Part shown: one piece after another, positions 53,701-62,700 of the stretch
Numbering within the stretch: the stretch's first letter is position 1
Layout: each line of letters begins with the position of its first letter
Assembly (NCBI GenBank): GCA_965202585.1
Contig: OZ241827.1
Location: forward strand, 10,726,001 to 10,790,000
Length of the DNA stretch: 64,000 nucleotides
Origin: Thalia democratica
Lineage: Eukaryota
Reading direction: 5' to 3'
Position numbers and translations under genes: made by a program
The notes under the pieces: generated by a model
What the model was told of the DNA's origin: nothing
Databases searched by the model: none
The model's input: the letters and a program-made list of their open reading frames with translations, nothing else

Positions 53701-56700
53701 TAAGTTGCTTACTAAAGCTACAGGCAAACTTTTGTGCCTGGCCATGACAATTGTCAATGAAGGTATTTTTCTCCACCAAACTAAATAAATTAGCCCAATG
53801 GCACTGTTGAGTTACATTGTTTAAAATAAAATTCTTGTAATTGAAGCTGCTGCAAAAAACTAAAATTAGCAAAAAAATTTGCACTTGTAAATTAGTTTCG
53901 AAATGTTACCTTTCTTTACTTTCCATTAATTATAAACAGATTAAAGAAACAAAATAAACTTATAAGTTTTTTAAATGACTATTTAAAAAACAAAAACTGT
54001 TTGTGAATATTTGTATCAAACATTAAACATTTTTCAAAACGGTCTGAACACGTAAGTTGAGATATATAATAAAATAAAGACTGATAAAATAGAAAGAAAA
54101 GGCTGAAAAGATAACAAATACGTGTAATACCTTTTTAGTTTTACCTAATCAGCAAATTTTATTTGTTAAATCATTTTTTATCAACGTTTCAAAGAAGTGC
54201 TTTAATGTGGATAACTTGTAAATTAGCAATCAATCAATTACTGAATAGTTATCTTTATGCTGCTTTAATCAAATTAATCTTTCGGCAGGAAACAAGCTAA
54301 TTTTGTTAACTTGTGCTAAAATCACAAAAAAAAGGTCAAATGAGAAAAATTAAGTTGAAAATAACTAAACAAGGGCAAAAACTGATTATAAAACGTACTT
54401 TAAAACAAGTATTTAAATCTTTTTTAAAATAAAACAAAAATAAGTTGGATTTTTTTATTTTTTTGCTTTATTCCTTTTAAGCATAAGGTTGTTGATTTAT
54501 AAACGTCCTAGTTTTTTTTAAGTTGTCACATTTCAAATCGTTATAACTAAAAAAAATAAATATCTAATAAAAGAATAGAACAAACTTCTTACTCTAAATG
54601 GTATAAATTTCAAATAGTAATGAATAAAATAAAGAAAAATTTGGAGAGTTCTTTTAATAACGTTTGATGAGGCTACCTTAAAAAATTCTTTTAACAAACT
54701 TAAATAAAATATAGATTTTAGCTACATGCTATAAGATCTTAAATTGCAAAAAAAAAACTTTTAAAACTTATAAGAATCAAACTGAGAAGAAAGTAAGTTG
54801 TAGAATGTTGAACAACTTTATTTATATATATAATTAACAAACTAACAAAGATGTGAGATTGTAGAATGGTGAAAAGTGTCTTGGTGGAAGCTGCCTAATA
54901 TTGTTGTTCCTCAAGTCACTGAAAATTAAATTAAATTTGTAAATTATTAACATAACTTTTTTAAACGTGTACTTAGTTTTTAGTCTTTTATAGTTAACTG
55001 TTTATAGATTACTGTTGGTTTAATTTATTTTTAAATTTTTGTTACTCCCTTCAGAAAATTCATTCAACATTTCTCTTAACTAAAGTTTAATACTAATTTC
55101 TTACCTAACCTCTATTTTTTTGTATATTATATAGTCAGAACTTTATAAATTCCTAAATTCATTTAACTGTTGCACAAACTCAATATCAGCAAACAGTTCA
55201 TTCAGTTCAAAGCATGTTGTATATTGAATTATTTCATTGTTGTTTTAATAATTCCCTTTATGACAACTTCATCTTGATAAGGCAAAAACCTTTTAATCTT
55301 TTCAGTAATAACAGCTTTCACATCTTTTAAAAGATCTTTTAAAAACACAAAACAACTTTGAAGTCTGAAAGCGTCAAAAGCTTCATTGTACTGTAAAGAC
55401 AACAAACTCAACAAATATTGAAAGTATTTACTAACTAAACGCCATCGCTCAATTAAATTTCAATTAAGCCATTGAAAAGTGAATCTTTATACTTCCAGGT
55501 GCAAAACTCGCTTCAGATGTGGTAGTTATCTTGTTTGTGATAAACAGCCAAGGTAATGATGATTTCTTTTAAAACTAAAAGGTATGCACTTTAATTTTAT
55601 TTTAATTAAGAACAGAGCCTCAGTTGTGGTAGTTACCTTGTTTGTGGTGAAAATAAAAAGGCTGCTGTAGAAAGTACAAAGTCAATGTAAAAAGCTTGAT
55701 GGTTCAGAAAACGATTTATGCTACTTTGCAGCTTAAACGTGGGATTATACCGTTCAAGGTAAATAAAAAAGGCTACTGTGAAAATGATTTAAATGTGAAT
55801 GTAATGACTGCGCTTTTAAAGCTGCCCTTTTCGAAAAATTGCCTTTTAAACTTTTATAGAAACCTTTGATGTGGCTTGTTAATGTTTACGGTAAAATAAA
55901 AAGTTAGGTTTGAAGATTATTTAGTTTCTAAAGTTTATACTTTGAAACAATACGAGCGTTTAGTATTTTTTTGTTTTGTGTACACAAGATCACATCAAAA
56001 CGGTTTAAAATCTCTCACGACCAAGATAGATTAAGAACATTTAGGTCAGCGTGGATTATAAGCAAGATATTAATTGATAAGAGTCCATCTAACGAGATAA
56101 CGAATGACACTAATCAAACATTCTATGATCCGCAAACAAGAGTTAAATTTTGAAGTTTTGTTTTTGAGACGTTGTCACATGTAATCTTTAAATGAGCCGA
56201 AATGTTTGTATAAAGCAATTGTGTCGTCTAATTTTAAGTAAGTTTGACAAAAGATTATACAAACAAAAACTAAGTTCGAAAAATATAATTTTTATTTTGA
56301 AAAAGCAATGAATTTTAAATAACTAATTTATTAAAAAAAATTGATAGAAAATATAATTTTTTTGTTACTCTTGATTTAATATATTTCAACAATTTTTTTT
56401 TATTATCATAAAAATTAAGACTTTTATAAAGAAACAGCTGGTTCTATAGAAGCTAAACCAATAATTACGCACAAACTCAATGTTTAAATTTCGTGTTAAT
56501 ACATATATTCCTAGCTTTTAGTTGTACGTGGCAAAAAATCCCACAACTTCCAAGACTGGGAACAACTTGTAAAACTTTTAAATTAAATTAACTAACAATC
56601 GCATTTTCAAATTAACGCAAGCTCAGTTGTGTTTGCAAAAATGTTAATGAATTAGCAGACAAATTCAGCTAGTTTAAAATTGACCAGAAATATTTTAAAG

Positions 56701-59700
56701 TACACGGAAAATACACGATTTCATTCCAAATTTCCCAGACACAACTACACCTACTGGTACAGCTAGCAGAATTTTTATTTTGTCAGAAGCTTTTATTATT
56801 TTTAAAGCTTCCTGTATGGAAAGGGCACTTAAAAGCAAATATAACTCATTGTGTTTTATAATAAAGCTACTGAATCTTTTCAACAAAGTGCTTTTTTTAT
56901 TGTTAACAAAACGCCAGCACAAGCCAATTAAACATTATAACAGCAAAGCAAATAGTCCTGATCAAATAACTGATTTTTACAATCAGCTTTTTTAATATTG
57001 TAATTGTAGTAATAATGTTTGCCAATTTTGTCATAAAAACATATTTAAAAAAAACTTTGTACGCACTACATATTAATATCAAATGCAATTTCTTTGAATA
57101 AACCAAAGTACAAATAAGTGTCAAAAGATCATTTATTTGAATCAATTTGCAGCTAAATTACACGCCAGAAGAGAGCATATATAATTTTAAATTGCACACA
57201 TTCTTATGTGCAATATAACAATTTTAAAATTTTCTTGGTAATTGATAACAATCTTCATTTTAATAAAACTTAAAAGTGATTTTTTTTTAACTTATTTCAA
57301 TAAATTTCAAAGAAAACAAACTATTTTAACTGTTTTAGAGTGCTTAAAACAACTCAACTTACTATAAAAAAACAATAAAGTATTTTCGCTTATTTATTGA
57401 AAATCAAACTTATTTTCCTTACATAGTGGCAGGCCTTCTTTTCAAGTTGGCCACGGCCTTCAGACCGTACCTGAGGCATTTGACCCTGGCCCCGTAACAA
57501 TCGCAGTTTTGGGGGCAGTTTCTGTGGGGACCCCTCCGGTGCAGGTGGGGCCTGTGGCGACGCTGGCAGTTGCCTAGCAACAGCAACGTTGCCAACACGA
57601 CAAATGTTAATAATCTCATCTGAACAAATTAGATTGCTGAAAGAAATATGTTTATCTATACATGTTTTTTTTAATAATACCAAAACTGAAGTTTTTTTTT
57701 TCACTAGAACAAAGTATTTTTATAAACAAATAATTTTTATGTGTTGTACTCAAAAGTTTATAACTCTACATAACAAAAACGTATGAAATATTTTAAAGTT
57801 AATACTTGTTTTTAAGCTTATTTTTCAAAAGTAATAAAACACTTGCTAGAAACAAACACTTTCAACAACTGGCGTTAAATTACGTTAATAAAAACGTTGA
57901 AAATTTCTTTTTTTCTCAGCATTTAAAGCTGACAGATGTTTCAGTTTATAATCTCTCATAACTTTGCATCAACAAAAAGCAAATTACTTGTCTAATTTGA
58001 AGTGAATGTCTGCCTTTTCGAATGCAAACAAAGCTCTTCACTTTGAAACTTTGCTCTGTATTTCTTTAACTAAGTAAACAAAACAAAACGCAAACAATGA
58101 AAATTTTCATAAAAACTAGCAGACAACTGTGAAACGAACAAATGTGTTAGCAAATAAAACGTATGTATTTGTTCTATGACATTAAAACTAAAATAATGCA
58201 AATAAAAAGTTTAAAAAAGCACTGCTTCAACCTAATACGTGGTACAAACATTATCACTTTGAACTTTAAGCAAAGTGCACTAAAGTTTAATAACTGAAAA
58301 AACACTTTCTTTTCACAAAAACTCAAACTTAATACGAAAGAAAAATATCATTTTTTTATCAAAATGCCAGATTTTTTTCTAACTGAAACTGATACTGCAG
58401 CATCACAGTTGCCACGCAACCTACTTTTATTTATCAGCACGCAGTATTAATTCTTGTCACTTACACACAGGAAAACATAAAACTTTTTCGCCAACAAACG
58501 AGAGGTGTTTTAATTTCGCCCCTCTTCAACGCAATCACTTAAAAGCTTCTTTTCTTTCCCCTTTTTTGTTCTTTTTTTTTATTTGCACTTCCTGGCTTTT
58601 CGGCTCCAGCACCCTGTGGCCGCTTAAAACACCAATACATACTTGGTTGGATGCGCCGAACAATTAAAATTTTGAGGGCCTATTTCGGCACTCGACTTAT
58701 TTATAATCTGCTGAAACGTCTGCAATCACTTTTTTGCACACACAAAAATGATTGCAGATATTTTAATCTGGAAAAAAAATCTTTTAAATACTTTCAATAA
58801 AACACTAAAAGTCTAATACTTTCACTCCTGCTAGATAATTATAAAAAAAAACATCAAATCTGTCTGAACGACAGCGAGCCGCGAGCCGCAAAAAAACTTG
58901 TTGAAAAAAAAGTTCAGTCTACCGGCGTCGAAGCACTGAAGCGAGTTTTCGTGAAACCATCGAAGCATGACGACTTCCCTCGCTGCCCTTCTCGCTTTCC
59001 TGCTCGTCGGCCGCCTCCTACACAACGCTACATGTCGCGCACCTCCCCCGACGAATTTCTCCTCGAAAACGAGATGTTTGCATTCGTGCGCTGCTGCTTG
59101 TCAGCATTGATGCTTTTGTTCGGTTTGCTTGTTGAGATTTTTCGTACAAAGAAAATGACAGCCAGAAGATTTGAACTTTCTGTTTATTGCTCACTAGGCC
59201 ATACAAAACAAACTTGGTTTTATCTGTCTGCAAAACTAAAATAAGGCTTTTTTGTTGCGTTAAAATACATATAAACTTAAAACAAAAAGCTTCTTTTCTT
59301 ACAACAAATGAACGCGCTAATTTTTGGTAAAACAAGAAACTTTTGCCTCTCCTTAAATTTATACCCTCAAAAGTTGCTCTTTTTTCTTCGGTTTTTTTGG
59401 TGGTTTTTCAGCCGCTAATTAGAGGGAAACGTAAACAACAATTCCATTGTATTTCGGTTAACCGGCTTTAAATCAACTTGTTTGTCTTTGCACTTAAACT
59501 AAGTTGATCTTTTAGGTTTTCTTGGACGCGAAACAATAAAATTTAAGTGATGGCATGAAACGTAATTAAAAAGTTGTCAGGTTATGCTCGCCATACTTTG
59601 ACGGATCTGAGAATTGCAGTTTGTTAATTGCATTGATGTGAGAATGAACTTTTTACGAGCAATCGGATACAAATAATACGATTGTTATATACTTTTCAGA

Positions 59701-62700
59701 CCTCTTTTACAATATAATTGAATTATTAGTTGATTACTTATTCAACTGATTCTATGAACATTTTATGATTTCAATGTTTGATATACTAGCCTATGTTGTT
59801 TTGCGGTAATAATTAATAAAACATGTTTGTTATCCAATATTCCTTACTTGTTAACCACATATACGTAATTAAATAATTTAATTTATTCCGGTAGCTGTAA
59901 TTGTGATTAAGTAAGATTTAGCTAAATTATTAGCTTTGATCTTACAAACGAGCTTTTACGAGAACAAAATATAAACTTAAAAGAATTATCTGTTGTTAAA
60001 TGTTAAAAAATTTTAATTTTAATTTGTTCAAAATAGTTCATTGGTACATAACTGTTTATAATTGCTAGTGGTAAGCAGAACATTTTTCGTTTAAAATTTA
60101 TTATGACGTAGTAAAAAACTGCTAATTTTTAAAGTCGTTTGATTTTTTACCATCAAAATATAGAAAAACTTATCAACTCAAACTGAAAATAAAATAAAAA
60201 AACTTCTAACACACAGCAAAATTATGAAACAACCTTTAACTGAGTAAAATAAATTCAACAACAATTTTACATAGCATACTTCTAAACAAAACAACATTGT
60301 TTTTTAATAACTTGTTGTATTGTATGAAAATACATGTTTTGCAGTCCAATGTTTAATAATTTGAATACAAACTTTTTTCTACCTTCATACCTTTCAGTTT
60401 CAATAAATTCAGCTTAAGTGGATTTTAAAGTAATCTCTGGAGAATAGAACTTAACTCTAAGAATTAAACTGCTAACTTTGAGATTATCGGTAAATTACTA
60501 ACTACTTAACCGTCAGGTCACACAGTTCACATATTCTTCTAAAAAATTTCATTCGTAAATATTAAAATTTAAATACGTTAACGAGTTTAAGAAATACTTC
60601 CAGGAAGTATGTACTAATTGTAGTGTTAAAGTATCCATTACAGTGTTAAATTATGTAAGTTTTATTTTGCAAGCAATTACAACTTGGTGCTTTACCAAAT
60701 AATTGCTATTTATGTTTGATATAACAACAACAATAATATTTTCAAACAATGTTTTTTTTGGATCAAGTAAAAAAAATAAGCATTAATTTACGTTACTTAT
60801 ATTGTTCTGACTTTATTAAAACGACAAAAAATAATAACAAATTCGTCAACGTTTTTTAAGACGTAAGTAGAAACAAAAGCTTTTTAAATTATACATCTAT
60901 CTAGAAGATTTATGTAAACATATATAATAAACTTATATAAAATATAAATCTTTTTTAGAAGCTGTGAATATATGAATATAGTGCAATAAATGTTTCATAA
61001 CTAGTTTTTCAAAAAATTGTCAGCTTTTGAAACATTTTAAAAATAGTAACTTTTTATAAAAAGAACTTTAACAAAATAGCAATATATTTTGTTTGCTGTA
61101 TAGAAGACTTTTGTACTCTATTCAAAATAAAAGTATAAGGTTTTTGGTACAAAAACACTATTCCGCAGTAATTTTTTTTTTCAAACTTATTTTATCCAGC
61201 TGGTTTAACGAACTTTTGAAGTACTAAGCACTCGCATAAATTAAAGTCTCAAGCATACTTTGAGCAAAAACATTATTTTATGAAAAATTACTCATCTAAA
61301 AGATCTACGATTTTTTTTAAATGTCTATTTATTATTTTTCTAAAACAATCTGTAAAAGTTTTATATTATGTATACAAAACATAAAGGGATTAAACTATTC
61401 TAAGTATCTGATTTTCTTAATAATTATTTTCTTGTAAGATTTTTAAATAAGCATGAAGCTGCTATGATATTTAAACATGTATACTTGAACAAAATTAAAC
61501 CATAGCTATAAAAAAAAGGCATTTTTGAACTTTAAAGCATATTTTATAAATAGTTTTTAAGTTCTTGATTACAAATTAGTTATAAAACTTTAAATAAAAA
61601 GACAAGTGTTACTTATTTCAGTAACATTATTTTATATAAATATATTAGCCGTTAAACTTTGAAGAAAATATAGTTTAATTTCATTAATTAAAGTATACTT
61701 ATGTCAAGTATTAAATATTTATTAGGTGGTAAATCAACACAAAAGTATGCAATATACAAATAATTTTCAAATATTTTTGTTTACCGAGACAAATAAGCCG
61801 CTTATTCCAAGAACAAGCTCAATCAATCATTTTCATAGCTAGCTTTGATCGCGCCGACAAAACTTATAGCAAAGTTTTTAGACTTTAATCTTTTTACTTT
61901 AAAATTTACGTAAACAACTTTTGCTACAATACATCAAACATTATTTTAGATATCCTTAAGTAATGTTGTTCATACGTTTTAAGGTTAAAAAAGTTTATAA
62001 CTTTGACTGTCAGATATTTTAATACTAAACTGAAGTTAAAAGTTTTTAGTTATAAAAAAAGTCAATCTGTTAAAATTACTATTTCGAACAGCGTCTTAAA
62101 AGCGATAAAATAAAAGTCTAAAAATACAATTTAGCATCAAAGAATTTCCTTTATATTTCCAATGTTGGATTACTGCTAATCTTGCGAACATTGTCAAAGT
62201 TTGATCAATCGACCAGAAGAGATAAAATTTACTAAATATTTTGCCAAAGATAAAACTTCACATTAAAGTCTAGACTAGAAAATAAAATGACCAGTAATAA
62301 TTGCTTCATTTGTCATTCATTATTATTTAAAATTGTTGGAATTTAACTGAAAATTAGACATGCAATTCTGACGTTTGTTTTAAAAAGCTTTTTTTGTCTA
62401 AAAGTTCAGTGTTTTTGTCAAAATATAAAACTTAAATGATACACTACTTTAGAAACAACATAAAAATGGGTGTTTTCACTACACACAAAGGTTAAATTCC
62501 AACACATAAACAACATATTTTAAAAGTATATAGCGTGTTCGACATACAGCAAGTTTAATTTGTCCATTAATATCTTGTTTTTAGTTTTTGACTATTGTTA
62601 TCACACTTTAGCTTCTAATTTTTAAAGCAAACACCAAATGTTATCAGCATACTAAACAAAATAACTTCAAAGAGCAAATAAAAGCACATATTTTAAATGT

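Noticed and set aside
55229-55414. 61-aa ORF and nearby 30-bp direct repeats (55514-55543, 55621-55650)
   Set aside because: No recognisable motif, splice context or element ends; possibly an old repeat fragment, but unsupported.
56695-57145. Hydrophobic 71-80 aa ORFs; likewise 2675-2950, 10496-10720, 37942-38217, 42333-42584, 48935-49129, 53597-53884 and 62701-62898
   Set aside because: F/I/K/L-rich translations typical of AT-rich intron DNA, mostly with non-ATG starts and no homology.
57390-57704. 104-aa minus-strand Pro-rich ORF overlapping exon 1b in another frame
   Set aside because: Alternative frame of a GC-rich exon. If spliced at the same donor it meets TGA at the start of exon 2.
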